From Mobula hypostoma (lineage: Eukaryota), in assembly GCF_963921235.1 (NCBI RefSeq), contig NC_086118.1, forward strand, positions 17,424,001-17,488,000: a stretch of DNA of 64,000 nt, read 5' to 3'. Positions within the stretch are counted from its first letter, which is position 1; every line of letters begins with the position of its first letter. The position numbers and the translations under genes are program-made. Below are positions 13,258 through 26,661 of the stretch, piece by piece. The notes under the pieces were generated by a model. That model saw nothing but the letters and a program-made list of their open reading frames with translations, did not search any database and had not been told where the DNA came from.

Positions 13258-15755
13258 TTCAGAATTAGCATCAGTTTAATATCACTGGCATATGTCATGA
13301 AATTTATTGGTTTGCGGCAACAGTACATTGCAATACAAAATACTTTTTTAAAAACTACTAATTACGATAAGAAGTACATAAATAGAATAAATTAAATAAG
13401 TGGTGCAAAAAGAGAGGAAAAATAATAGTGAGGTAATGTTCATGGTTCAATGTATATTCAGAGATCTGATGACGGAGGGGAAGGAACTGTTCCTGAAATG
13501 TTGAGTGTATGTCTTCTGGGATCTTGTACCTCCTCCTTGATGATAGCAATGAGAAGAGGGCATGTCTTGGGTGATAAATGCCCTCAGTGATAGATGCCAC
13601 CTTTCTGAGGTATTGCTTTTTGAAGGTGTCCTGGATGCTGGGGAGGCTATTTCCCATGATCGACCTGGCTCAGTTTGCAACTTTCTACAGCTGCTTCCAG
13701 TCCTCTTCACTGGTTCCTCCATACCAGATGGTAATGCAGCCAGTTGGAATACCCTCCACAGTACATCTGCAGAGACCTGAGTGTCTTTGGTGTCACACTA
13801 AATCTACTCGAACTCCAAATGATCACAGTCATGCCTTCTTTGTAATTAAACACAAGAATATAAGAAATAGGAGCAGGAGTAGGCCATCCAGCCTATCAAG
13901 CCTGCCCCGCCATTCAATAAGATCATGGCTGATCTGTCCGTAAACTCAGCTCCATCTACCTGCCTTTTCCCCATAACCCTTAGTTCCCCTACTATGTAAA
14001 AATCTATCTAACTGTATCTTACATATATTCAGTGAAGAAGCCTCAACTGCTTCACTAGGCAGAGAATTCCACAGATTCACCACTCTCTGGAAAAAACAGT
14101 TTCTCCTCACCTCAGTCCTAAATCTTCTCCTCTGAATCTTGAGGCAATGTCCTCTAGTTCTAGTCTCACCTACCAATGGAAACAACTTTCCTACTTCTAT
14201 CTTATCTATCCCTTTCAACATTTTGTATGTTTCTATCGGATCCCCTCTCATTCTTCTGAATTCCAGAGAGTATAGTCCAAGGCAACTCAATCTCTCTTCA
14301 TAGGTTAACCCCTTCATCCCTGGAATCAACCTGGTGAACCTCCTTTGCACTACCTCCAAAGCCAGTATATCCTTCCTCAAGTATGGAGACCAGAACTGCA
14401 CACAGTACTCCAGGTGCAGCCTCACCAGTACCCTGTATAGTTGCAGCATAACCTCCCTGCTTTTGAGCTCAATCCCTCTAGCAATGAAGGCTAACATTCC
14501 ATTTGCCTCCTTAATAACCTATTGTACCTGCAAGCCAACTTTTTGTGATTCATGAACAAGCACTCCCAAGTCCCTTTGCACAACAGCATGCTGCAATCTT
14601 TCACCATTTAAATTATAATCTGCTCTTCTGTTAGTCCTTCCAAATTGGATGATCTCACATTTCCCAACATTGTATTCCATCTGCCAGACATTGGCCCACT
14701 CATTTAACTTAACTATATCCCTCTGCAGACTTTCCAAATCTTCTGTACAATTTGCTTTTCCACTCAGTTTAGTGTCATCAGCTTTTGCTACGCTACACTC
14801 AGTCCCCTCTTCCAAATCATCAATGTAAATGGTAAACAGCTGCAGGCCCAGCACCGACCCCTGCGGCACCCCACTCACCACTGACTGCCAACCGGAGAAA
14901 CACCCATTTATACCAACTCTCTGCCTTCTATTGGTTAACCAATCCACTGTCCATGCCAATACTCTTACTCTGTCTCCATGCATCCGTATCTTATTTATAA
15001 GTCTCTTGTGTGGCACCTTATCAAACGCTTTCTGGAAATCCAAGTATACGACTTCCACCTGTTCCCCTATATCCACTGCACTAATTATGCCCTCAAAGAA
15101 CTCCAGTAAGTTTGTCAAACAGGACCTGCCCTTTCTGAATCCATGCTGCGTCTGTCTAATGGAACCACTCCTTTCTAAATGTTTCACTATTTCTTCCTTA
15201 ATGACAGCTTCAAGCATTTTCCCGACTACAGATGTTAAGCTAACTGGCCTATAGTTACCCGTCTTTGCCTTACATCCTTTTTTAAAAAGTGGCATAGCAT
15301 TTTCTGTCTTCCAATCTGCCAGGACCTGCCCATATTCTAGAGAGTTTTGATAAATGATTACCATCGCGTCTACTATAACCTCCGCCAGTTCCCTCAGCAC
15401 CCTGGGATGCACCCCATCAGGACCAGGGGACTTATCTACCTTCAGATCCTCTAGTTTGCATCAATATGTTGGGTACTGGAAAGATCTTCAGAGATGTTGG
15501 CATCCAGGAACTTAAAACTGTTCACCCTTTCCTCTGCTGATCCCTCAATGAGGACTGGAGTGTGTTCCCTCGACTTCCCCTTTTCTGAAACCCACAATCC
15601 ATTCCTTGGTCTTACTGATGTTTAGTGCAATATTGTTGCTGTCACACCACTCAACAAGCTGATCTATCTTACTCCTGCACACTTCCTCGTCACCATCTGA
15701 AATTCTCCTATCAGTAGTTATATCATCAGTAAATTTATAGATGCCATTCAGGTTG
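13258..15755 (-). mobile_element. Rex1/Babar-type LINE fragment split by a CR1 insertion
   Basis: KFTDDIT..LVEWC..LNISKTKE at 15545-15750, and HPRHALFSLLSSRRRYK / FRNSSFPSVIR at 13450-13700. Confidence 0.8.
13848..15460 (-). mobile_element. CR1 LINE RT (5'-truncated, lightly disrupted)
   Basis: NYRPVSLTS, QHGF, YLDFQKAFDKV, GVPQGSVLG, (F)ADD with a 3-bp deletion, and LEYCVQFWSP. Two long ORFs are separated by one stop. Confidence 0.95.
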
Positions 15756-16000
15756 TGGAAAAGAGTAAAGAGTTCACATTTCAGGCCAAGACCCTTCATC
15801 AGGACACGACATAGATAAGCACAGATTTTTTCCCAAATCCAAAAAACATCGCTGCTACCTTTAAGATATCTCCATTGTCAGATGTCAGCACATTACAGTC
15901 ATTTTTGGGCATGATCAGTCATTATTCAACACTTAGGCCAGCAATGCACAGGGTGAGGAAGCCACTCCGTGCCCTGCACAACAAGGATGCCATGTTGAAA

Positions 16001-16505
16001 TTAGATTAGATTAGATTCAACTTTATTGTCATTGTGCCTAGTACAGATACAAAGCCAATGAAATGCAGTTAGCATCTGACCAGAAATGTAAAGAGTAGTG
16101 TTATTTACAAAATAACTGTGAATCAAAAGTAAGTGCTACAGCACACAAATATAAAAGTGTTGAGACAGTACAATATGGGAGCAATACTGCTTAGCGCTGT
16201 GATGTGAGGTTCAGCAGGGCCACAGCCTCAGGGAGAGAAGCTCTTCCTGTGCCTGCTGGTGTGGGAGCGGAGGCTCCTGTAGTGCCTACTGGATGGGAGG
16301 AGAGTAAAAAGTCCATAGTTAGGGTGAGTTCTTTTCGCCCTGCCCAGGCAGTGTTTATGATAGATGTTCTCAATGGTGGGCAACTGGGTGCCGATAATCC
16401 GCTGGGCAGTTTTCACCACACGCTGGAGTGCTTTGCAGTCTGATAAGGGACAATTGCCATACCACACTGAGATGCAGTTGGTGAGTATGCTCTCAATAGT
16501 ACAGC
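16001..16505 (-). mobile_element. Rex1-type LINE 3' fragment
   Basis: WYGNC...KALQRVVKTAQRIIG...LFTLLPS; (ttaga)n tail on the + strand at 16001-16017. Confidence 0.85.
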
Positions 16506-17332
16506 GAAAAAAGCGGTAAAAATTGTTAAAACAATGCCAAGAGGTTTTTGATCAGGTGATGAATATGCTGTCATTTGGCCTTCTCATGATACACTTCAAC
16601 ACAGAGTTGACAACCATCATCGTGATGTATGCATCGGACTACGGGGTGGGTGCTGTCATATCCCATGCTTTCCCTGATGGTACTGAAAAAGCTGTCATGC
16701 ATGCAGCCAGATCTCTGACACTCATTCCAAATGGCCAGAAGTGTTATCTATGAAGTCAATAATGAACAAAGGCTACCATTCAACAGCTGCTGCCGACTGT
16801 TAGCAGCTTTGGGATGCCAGAAAGACTCGTTTCTGACAATGGCACACACGTCAGTTCACAGCAGTTTGCTGCACTCTGCCAGAGCAGTGGAATTATCCAC
16901 ATCCACCGTCCAACGGCCAAGCAGGACGGTGGATGCCTTCAAATGATCACTTCTAAACTCGAGAGGGGAAGGAGCATCGGCTGAGGTGCTCAACACGCTT
17001 CTGCTGGCATATTGAATTACACCGTATCCAGGCCTCAGCTGAGCTCTCTTGCAAAGAAAATTTCGCACAGTGTTGGATGCAATGCTGTCACTTCGATCAG
17101 AATCTGAGACAGCTGTGGGTCAGGTGCACAAAGGCAGCTACTCAGGTCTGGTGAAGTCATTCAACCCCGGAGCTGCAGTGTCAGCCAAATAGTATTGCAA
17201 AGGGCAAAACTCGTGGGTTCAAGGTCAGATTGTCATACGTATAGGGGAAGCGCTCTGAGAGCTAGTGTAGGCAGACATTCCTGGTGCTGCCACATCAACC
17301 AGTTGCGACCATGTGCTCCCAAAGGCACAGCG

Positions 17333-18190
17333 TGTCACCGTCCGGTCCGTTGACTCCTCACTTCAGTGTTCTATCGGGCTCCTTGATGAGGGCACCTGAT
17401 CCTCATCTGAATCGGCAGCATAAAGACTCTGGCTTACATCTACTGGACGCTGGACCGTCACCTGAGCCAGTGCTGCAATGCATGTTCCGGGCCGCCGAGA
17501 ATAGTGGACTCTAAGTTGCTTGGGTCCTGGGAATTCTTCGGGAATTCTGTCTCTTTGTGTTCAGCTAAGTGATTGCCGGCCGTTTGCCGCTCCATGTGCT
17601 ACTCTGAATCAAGATACGAATTGTCTGTCGTTGTTGGTTTTGTCGTCTCGTGTCCATCTGAGGATTGCTGGCCGTTTGCCGTGACTCTGAGCCAAGGTAT
17701 GAATTGTCTGCCATTGTTTGGTTTTGTCGTCTCATGTCCAAGTTTGAGTCCCTGCTCCATGTCTGAGTCCAAGTTCGAGTCCCGGCTTCATGTTGGAGTC
17801 TAAGTTGGAGTCCAGGGTCTGTGTCTGAGTCCAAATCCAAGTCCAGGCTCTGTATCCAAGCCCAAGTCCAAGTCCAGGCTCCGTGTCCGAGTCCAAGTCC
17901 AAGTCCAGGCTCTGTGTCTGAGTTCAAGTTCAGGCTCCATGTCCGTGTCCAGGTCCAGGCTCCGTGTCCAATTCTAAGTCCAGGCTTCGTGTCCAAGTCC
18001 AAGTCCAGGCTCCATGACCAAGCTCTGGGTCCAGGCTTCTCCGGTTTTGTTGTACAATGATCACGTCCACATAGGCATCTAATCCTCACACTCCGGCTTT
18101 CTTTGCCACTGTTAATAAACACACTTCTGTTAACATTACCTATGTGTCGGTGTCCTGCACTTTGGTCTGCTCCCTACGCTCTTTGTAACA
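17333..18190 (+). mobile_element. Solo LTR-like element (family A) with internal tandem repeats
   Basis: Termini tgtcac...tgtaaca; 5-bp TSD cagcg/cagca; aataaa near the 3' end; gtgtcctgcactttggtc motif. Confidence 0.85.
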
Positions 18191-20243
18191 CAGCAGGTTT
18201 GTCAGGTAGATCATCAAACACAGAGGTAGACCTTTATCTCTTCGTGGAATGGTTTGATTTATCTCGACTGAACCAGCCACCAGCACCAGGGTAGGTGCAA
18301 GTAACATATTTATCTCAGCCAAACCTACCGCTAATGCCAGCACAGCCACAAACAGCATTGCCACAAAGAAGTGTCAAGTTGCAACCACTAAAACAGGCTG
18401 ATAACCAGTGCAAGCCGATTGTTCCAAACAAAATTAACTGTTGGCTCAAATCCTACAGGTAATCATCTTCAAGAGGGAGGTGTTACAGCAAGCCAAAACA
18501 ACAAACACCCATTGGTCAGCTGACAACCAAGCCCAGGCTGACTTTCAGTGATTGGTCATTGATCCTAACAACGTCTTGAACATTCATGGGTAAACCATTT
18601 AAATAGTCAGCCTTGGAATGCAGTGTTGATGTTTTTAAGTCCATGTGGTTTTACTGAATAAAGGTTTATTTCATGTTCTGGCTTTGTTCTATCTCCTGAC
18701 TTTGGGTCTCATCAGTAACAACAGGCACGGGAACACAACAGTTCCTACAACTGAGCAGGAGCTGGACTTCAAAAAGTCCTTAGTTGGCTATGAAATGCTT
18801 GATAAATTATGAGTGTAGAAAGGGGAAAAGTGAATGCAAATCTTTCTCTCATGAAAGCTGAAGCTTGTCCAACCGACACCTCGGATCCTACACACAGGAA
18901 CTGATTGTACTGTACGACTGAGTTCTATGACAGACTGAGTCATTACGGAAGGTCTGCAGACTACTCTTACCCAGTCCTACAATAAAGGGACCACAGCCAA
19001 TCTGTTCATGTGACCTTAACTGGGAGTCTGGGACATGCCATACCTTGACAGCTAATGCCTGCAACACCAAATGGTTCTGGCACTAAACCTGACTGTAATC
19101 CCAGTGTAAATTCAAAGCAGAGCATGTTATAAACAACAACAGATGCTATTGGATTTGCTTCACCCTTGCAGCTGTGCTCTTTAAACTGGATTAACTGTCT
19201 TGTAATCTCCCCCAAGCATCCACGTGTCTGCACCAGCTATGAATAACTTGCATTCTGCCATTAAAGTTCAGGATTTAGTTTTGGCAATCTAATATCCACA
19301 TCTTTGAATTTCAGAAGTAAGTTTATTGTCTTTTCTTATTAGGCACCTTTATATAAAGCCAGAACATTTTTAGTGATCTTAAATGAAGATTTTGTTGAAA
19401 TGATTGTCATTGACAAATTGCACAACAGCTGACAAATGAACATACCTTATTTAGAATTTCGAATTGGTTTATAGTATTTAAGTTACAACAGGACTGAATA
19501 AATTGCGCTTCAGGAAAAGAGAGGTAACCTAGAAGCCTAACGCTAATTATGCTAAAAAAGAGCTTGTTATCTTCCTTAACACCAGAGTAAAAGCTAGCTT
19601 ACAATTTATTCAAAGCTGAATTTGTAAATCTGTTGCTGGATTATCACATTACTGTTGTGAAGTATTATTGGCCAATACTTGGCTGAAGTGACATCAATAA
19701 ATGGTGCATTCCATATTGAACATAGCCTAAGCTTCTCTGGACAAGACAAAGGCTGTGTGGTGTTACTGTTCATCAATGGAGTTTAGCTTTCTGGAACCTT
19801 TGTCCACTACACCAATCCCGTCTTAACCCTACCCTCACTATGTTGGACTCTACTGTGGATCCCTTTGGAGGATTTGAAGTGTAGACATGGTTGGTTGAGA
19901 ATGGGATTTGGGTCCTGCAGGGCTCAAGACCTGCCGCAGGGCCCATGACCTGCCGCAGGGCCGTCCTCTGAAGAAGAGAAAATACATTGTAATCAGTGCT
20001 GAACCATGAACAATAAACAGCAAATTGTAGAAACACACAGCATCTATGCAAATCAAACAAGAGTTAACATTTCAGCTTGGAGAAGCTTCATGAGAACTGT
20101 GAAAATACATATTGCTTTCACATTCCAGAGAGGATGTGGGATGTGGGGTAAGAAGCTGGGGGGTGGGGTGTGGACGGTCATGGAAAAGACATGAAGCTAT
20201 TTTTGATCGATTGAGGCTGTGGTTGCTGTAATATTGGGTTTAC

Positions 20244-20293
<50 letters not shown>

Positions 20294-20535
20294 GAGAAGG
20301 AGAGAGAGAGAGAGAGGGAGGGGAGAAGGAGAGAGAGAGAGAGAGGGGAGAGAGAGGGAGGGGAGAGAGAGGGAGGGAGAGGGAAGGAGGGAGAGGGAAG
20401 GAGGGAGAGGGAGGGAGAGAAGAAGAGAGAGAGGGAAGGAGAGACAGAGAGAGACAGAGAGAGGGAGGGAGAGGGAGGGAGAAAGGGGGAGAGAGGGAGG
20501 GAGAGAAGGAGAGAGAGGGGGGAGAGAGAGAGAAA
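20244..20535. repeat. (GA)-rich polypurine/polypyrimidine tract, ~290 bp
   Basis: Almost only G and A on the + strand. Confidence 0.97.
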
Positions 20536-20684
20536 TACATGCAAATATATGAAAGTTGAAAGGTGTAGGTCAGAACTGTTGCTAATTCCTGAAACCAAAA
20601 AGAGAATGTTAGAAATAAACATATCAGACAGTGTCTATCAAAAGGGAAATGATGAGTTAAGGAAATCCTTACAGCAAAGCTCAT

Positions 20685-20968
20685 TCATTTTGTTTACTCG
20701 GTGATGCAGAAGTGAAGTAGTCCCTTTGAGCCATGCTGCCCTAGAAACGCCTCAACCCTAATGAAACCTAACCTAATCATGGGACAACTTCAAATGACCA
20801 ATTCAAATACCCAGTACATTTTTGGACCATGGGAGGAAACTGGAGCACCCGGGGAAAGACGTGTTCCAAGGAGAGGACATAAGGAGACTCCTTACAGAAT
20901 GGTGCCAGAATTTTACTCTGAACCAGAACACCCTGAGCTGTGATAGCATCGTGCTACCATGGCACCCC
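20685..20968 (-). mobile_element. V-type tRNA SINE
   Basis: Homologous to 465-769 (ggaggaaactggagcacccgggg; ctaatcatgggacaa). Confidence 0.75.
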
Positions 20969-22840
20969 AAACATTACCTAAGGTTGAGGAATCAACCGAT
21001 TTTCAGATAGCTGTGAATATATTCCTTAATCATTTCAAGTTCATAAAGAACTTTGACCTCTATTTAATATGATAATTTTCAACATGTTTCTACCAAGCAA
21101 GAAATCCTGGAAGTGACAGGGACAAACTGGAAGGCAGTTGATTGTGCACCGTATAGTATCTTGGATGTAATCCAGGGCCAAAATGTCTGAAATTCTGGAC
21201 AGCAATCACTTTCCATTGTCCCATAAATTATTAAAGATGAAATGAAATCAGAAGTCTAACAGTATGCTAAAATCTACTGAAAATATAACTTTGATTCAAT
21301 AATGTCGAGGGAATGTTGATGGCAATAATTTACCATGTTTTTCCATCGTCAATAATGAAGTAAGGCAAATTGTTATGCTTGGTTTGGATATTACAAATTG
21401 GCACAAGTTCTATTCATGATTCCATTAGCTTTATTTAGCACTAGGGCATTTTTATTATGTGAGAGTCCTTCATGTAACCTTTGTCAGTTATTACAGAATC
21501 CACAGGAATCCCTGTTAAGACTGTTGATTAGAAATATTGACACACTCTTAAATGACCACTGGAACGCCTGACTCATTTTTAGAAAAGCCAAGCTAAAAGA
21601 GTTGAATTGATAGGGTGCTGGTGACTCCCTAGTTCATAGTTGGAAGCTTAACATGAGAGCTTAACATTCAAAGATACACCTCATATTGAAAGTTCAGGCA
21701 GGTAGGCAGAGGAGGTGGGGTGACTCTCTTGGTAAAAGCTGAAATGAAATCCGCAGAAAGAGATGACATAGTATTGGATGATATAGAACCCTTGTGGGTA
21801 GAGTTGAGAAAATACAAGGAAAAAAAGACCTTAATGGGAGTGATATATGGGCCCCAAAACAGAAGCTAGGAAGTAGGATATAACTTTGAACAGGAAATAG
21901 AAAAGCTATGTATTAAGGATAATGGTACGATAGTGTTAGGGGATTAAGTATGCAGATAACTTTGAAAAATTAGGTAGGTGCTGGATCCCAAGGGAGTAAA
22001 TTTGTAAAATGTTGAAGAGATGGCTTTTTAGAGCAGCTTGTTACCATTAGGAGAATGACAATGCTGGATTGGATGTTGTGTAATGTACCAAATTTGATTA
22101 GGGAGCTTAAGGTAAAGAAACTTTGGGAGGCAGTAATCATAATATGATGGAATTCATTCCTGCAGTTTGACAAAGAGAAGATAAAGTCAGATGTATCAGT
22201 ATTACAGTGGAGTAAAGAAAATTACAGAGGCATGAGAGAGGTGATGGCCAGAGTAGTTTGGAAAGGGACATTAGCAGGGATGGTGGCAGAACCGCAATGG
22301 GGCAATTTGGAAGGTGCAGAGAGATTCTCCCAAAGAAGTATTTTAAAGGGAGTTTGAGGCAACTGTGGTTGAACAAGTGAAGTCAAAGACAGCATAAAAA
22401 CAAAACCGAAGGCATATGATATAGTGAAAACTAGTAGGAAGTTCAAAGATTGGGAAGCTTCTAAAAACCAATGGAAGGCAACTATAAAACCATAAGGAGA
22501 AAAAATATGAATTATGAAGGTAAGCTAGGCAAAAATATCAAAAGTGACACCAAAATTGTTTTCAAATATTTAAAGGCGAAAGTGAATATTGGACCCCAGA
22601 TATTGGAGAAGTAGTAATGGGGGATATCGAAGTGGCAGATGAACTTAATAAATATTTTGCATCGGTCTTCATTGTGGAAGACACTAACAGTATGTCAGAA
22701 ATTTGAGTGTATCAGGGGGTAGAAGTGAGTGTAGTTGCTACAACTATGGAGAAGGTATTTGGGAAGCTGAAAGGTCTGAAGGTAGATAAGTCATGTGGAC
22801 CAGATGAACTACAACCCAAGATTCTCAAAAAAGTAGCTGG

Positions 22841-24301
22841 TGTCATAAGGTGGTGGCTGGAAATGGACCCAAGTGCAAGACACAGACACTGAAGTACTAA
22901 GGACAGGACTAGGATACAAGGTGAGGGCTAGAACATGGACACGAAAACTGGGAACCCGGAACAGGACTGGACAAGAGAGCTAGGAGCCAGGGCTTGGAGC
23001 TCCGAACCAGAGACTGGACAAGGACCCAGAACCTGGGTCTTGCCTCTGGCTCAGACCCCAGAACTAGGCAAGGATGTGACTTGGCTGGCAGGCAGGCGAG
23101 GCTGGAGTCTTCAGGCTTGGGACCTGAGGGGAGGCTTGGGACCTGAGACTTGAGGCGAGGCTTGGGACCCAAGACTTAAGGTGAGGTTTGGGACTCGAGA
23201 CTTGAGGCGCGGCTTGGGACCCAAGACTTGAGGTGAGGCTGGAGACCCGCGCGGCTGGAGACCTGAGGCTGGAGACCCGAGGCTGATGACCAGAGACTTA
23301 AGGTGAGGCTGGAGACCAGAGACTTGAGACCTGAGGCTGGAGACCAGAGGCTTGAGACAAGGCTGGAGACCAGAGACTTGAGTTGAGGATGGAGACCAGA
23401 GACTTGAGGCAAGGATGGAGACAAGAGGCTTGAAGCAAGGATGGAGACCAGAGGCCTGAGGCTTGGGGTCTTGAAGCTTGGCTAGGGGCGAGGCTTGAGG
23501 CTTGGGGTCTTGAAGCTTGGCTAGGGGCGACGTTTGAGGCTTGGGGTCTTGAAGCTTGGCTAGGGGGCGAGGCTTGAGGCTTGGGGCGAGGCTTGAGGCT
23601 TGGGGTCTTGAAGCTCCTCCTGGGCAGGGCGTGGTACTCCTGGGCAGGGCATGGATCACCTGGGCAGGGCGCAGAACTCCACCCGATGGAGGCAAGGGAC
23701 AGGAAGGAACAGGAACCATCCGCAGGGTAACGGCAAGATGACCTGGCTTACCCGGCGGAGGCAAGGGACAGGAAGGGAGAGAACCAACTGTAGGTAACGG
23801 CAAGATGGCCTGGCTTACCCGGCAGAGGCAAGGGACAGGAAGGGATGGAACCAACTGCAGGGCAACGGCAAGATGACCTGAGTTACCCGGCGGAGGCAAG
23901 GGACAGGAAGGGAGCTAGATACTGGGTAGCTCCAAAACAAGACTTCAGGCCAGATGAGGCAAGAGTTACCAGCAAGACAAGGCAAGGCTTCAGGCAAGGC
24001 TTCAGGCAATGCAAGGTGAAACAAGAACCTCAGGTGAGGCAAAAGTTACTGGCAAGACAAGGCAAGGCTTCAGGCGAGGAAATAGAAGGCAGGGGAAGGG
24101 ATACAAGGAGTAAGAACAAGAACAATCCAGCAGCCATGGCCTGGTCTCTGGAGGTATTTATGCAGCCAGCCCCAATGAGAATCAGCTGCCTTAATGAGTG
24201 CTCAACAGGAACAGGAACAGGGCAGACAAGAAAACCTGGAGCAAGGGTTGATGGACCGGACTGTGAACCGGAATGCGGACTTCACGGACCGGACCTTGAC
24301 A
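22841..24301 (-). mobile_element. Solo LTR-like element (family A), expanded by several minisatellites
   Basis: Termini tgtca...tgaca; exact 5-bp TSD gctgg (22836-22840 and 24302-24306); gacccaagtgcaagacac motif shared with the other copies. Confidence 0.9.
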
Positions 24302-24410
24302 GCTGGAGAGATTGTGGAGGCATTAGTAATGATCTTTCAAGAATCACTAGATTCCAGGATCATTCCAGAGGACTGGAAAATTGCATATGTCACTTGACTC
24401 TTTAAGAAGG

Positions 24411-25864
24411 ATTGAATTGAATTGAATTGATTGATTTGACTTCATTTCTTACATCCTTCACATACATGAGGAGTAAAACCCTTGATGTTACATCTCCATT
24501 AAAATGTGCCATGTGCAATCATAGTAATTTACCATAATTTATAATAAATAGAACAGTCAGTGTAATATAGAATACACTCAAATCAGCCTGAATTCATCAG
24601 TCTGATGGCCTGGTGGAAGAAGCTGTCTTGGAGCCTGTTGGTCCTGGCTTTTATGCTCCATTACTGCTTCCCAGATGGTAGCAGCTGGAATAGATTGTGG
24701 TTGGGATGACTTGGGTGCCCAATGATCCTACGGGCTCTTTTTAAACACCTGTCCTTGTAAATGTCCTGAATCATGGGAAGTTCACAACTACAGATGCACT
24801 GGGCTGTCCGCACCACTCTCTGCAGAGTCCTGTGATTAAGGGAGATACAGTTCCCATACCAGGCAATGATGCAACCAGTTAGGATGCTCTCAATTGTGCC
24901 CCTGTAGAAAGTCCTTAAGATTCCATACCAAACTTCCTCAACCGTCTGAGGTGAAAGAGGCACTGTTGTGCCTTTTTCACCACACAGCTGGAGTGTACAG
25001 ACCACGCGGGGTCCTCGGTGATGTGGATGCCGAGGAACTTGAAGCCGTTTACCCTCTCAACCCCAGATCCATTGATGTCAATAGGGGTTAGCCAATCTCT
25101 ATTCCTCCTGTAACCCACAACCATCTCCTTTGTTTTTGCGACATTGAGGGAGAGGTTGTTTTCTTGACACCACTGTGTCAGAGAGATCACTTCTTCCCTA
25201 TAGGCCATCTCGTTATTGTTTGAGATAAGGCCAATCACTGTAGTGTTGTCGGAAAATTTAATTAGCAGATTGGAGCTGTGAGTGGCAATACAGTCATGGG
25301 TATACGGGGAGTAAAGGAAGGGACTCAGTACACAGCCCTGAGGGGCTCCTGTATTGAGAGTCAGAGGGTTGGAGTTGAGGGAACCCACTCTTAAAACCTG
25401 CTGGCAATCTGACAGGAAGCCCAGGATCCAGCTGCACAAGCTGGGGTTAAGGATGAGGTCTCTGAGCTTCTTGTCGTACCTGGATGGAGCCATGGTGTTG
25501 AATGCTGAACTGTAGTCCAAGAACAGCATTCTCACATAAGCATCCTTCTCCTCCAGATGTGTAAGGACGGTATGTAGAGCAGTGGTTAATGCGTCATTGG
25601 TCGATTGGTCGTGTCAGTAGGCGTATCGTAGGGGGTCCAGTTTGGGTGGTAGCAAGCTGCAGATGTAATCCTTGACCAGCCTCTCAAATCATTTGCTTAT
25701 TATTGAGGGGATTGAGATAGGACGCCAGTCGTTCAGGCATGTTACCTTGGTCTTTTTTGGTACAGGGACAACGGTGGATAATTTGAAGCAGGAGGGCACT
25801 CTGCACTGGGAGAGGGAGAGATTAAAAATGTCAGTAGACACACCTGCCAGTTGTGCTGCACAAA
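24411..25864 (-). mobile_element. Rex1/Babar LINE RT, 5'-truncated
   Basis: MLFLDYSSAFNT, GAPQGCVLSP, KFSDNTT and FKFLG; (ttgaa)n tail; diverged TSD around actctttaag. Confidence 0.92.
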
Positions 25865-26596
25865 TGTAACTCCACTCTTTAAGGAGAGAGGCAGAAGAAA
25901 GAAAATTATAGGCCAGCTAGCCTAACTGCAGTGGTTGGGAAGATGTTGTAGTCCATTATTAGGATGAGGTTTTGGGGTACTTGGAGGCACATAATGAAGT
26001 AGGCCAAAGTCAGCATGGTTTCCTTGAGGGGAAATCATGCCTCACAAACCTGTTGGAATTCTTTGAGAAAATAACAGGCAGTATAGGCAAAGGAGAGTCA
26101 GTGGATGTTGTTTACTTGGATTTTCAGAAGGTCTTTTGACAAGGTGCCGCACATGAATCTGCTTAATAAGATAAGAGCCCATGGAATTGAATGAGAAGAT
26201 TGGCATGAGGCAAAGAGCGAGAATAAAAGGGGGCTATTCTGGTTGGCTGTTGGTGACATGTGATGTTCCGCAGGGGTTTGTGTTGGGACCACTTCTTTTC
26301 ACATTATATATCAATGATTTGAATGCAGAATTCATGGTTTTGTGGCCAAGTTAGCAGACGATACAAATATAGGTGGAGGGGTACATAGTATTGAGGAAGT
26401 AGGGAATCTGCAGAAAGAATCGGACAGATTGGGGGAACGGGCAAAGAAGTGGCAGGTGGAATACAGTGTAAGTACGTGCACGGTCATGCACTTTGCTAGA
26501 AGGAATAAAGGTGCAAACTATTTTCTAAATGGGAAGAAAATTCAAAAATCACAGATGCAAAGGGATATAGGAGCCCTTGTGCAGGATACCCTAAAG

Positions 26597-26661
26597 CAGG
26601 GGATCCTGGCCTTTTTTATGCTATGGACCCCTACCATTAATTGAGGGGTTGGGAACCACTG
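26597..26661. mobile_element. 65-bp hAT (Charlie-like) mini-MITE
   Basis: Termini caggggatcc...ggaaccactg; 8-bp TSD ccctaaag/ccctaaaa with a central TA; it interrupts the CR1 frame. Confidence 0.75.

Larger units (their letters stand above)
15805..18740 (+). mobile_element. Decayed Ty3/Gypsy pol (RT end, RNase H, integrase) with PPT and 3' LTR
   Basis: SFLGMISHY, ASDYGVGAVISH...EKAVMHAARSLT and VSDNG. A polypurine tract aagagggagg is followed by tgttaca at 18481, and the LTR contains aataaa. Confidence 0.8.

Noticed and set aside
17565..18122. Repetitive ORFs and a CRISPR-like periodic look
   Set aside because: Head-to-tail degenerate repeats with no unique spacers and no cas genes, in a eukaryotic context.
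20178..20704. ORFs of 141-168 aa rich in ER or SL
   Set aside because: They are translations of the GA microsatellite.
22935..24405. Long Pro/Ser/Leu-rich ORFs (262 aa, 186 aa)
   Set aside because: They arise from stop-poor tandem repeats inside a TSD-bounded LTR-like element.
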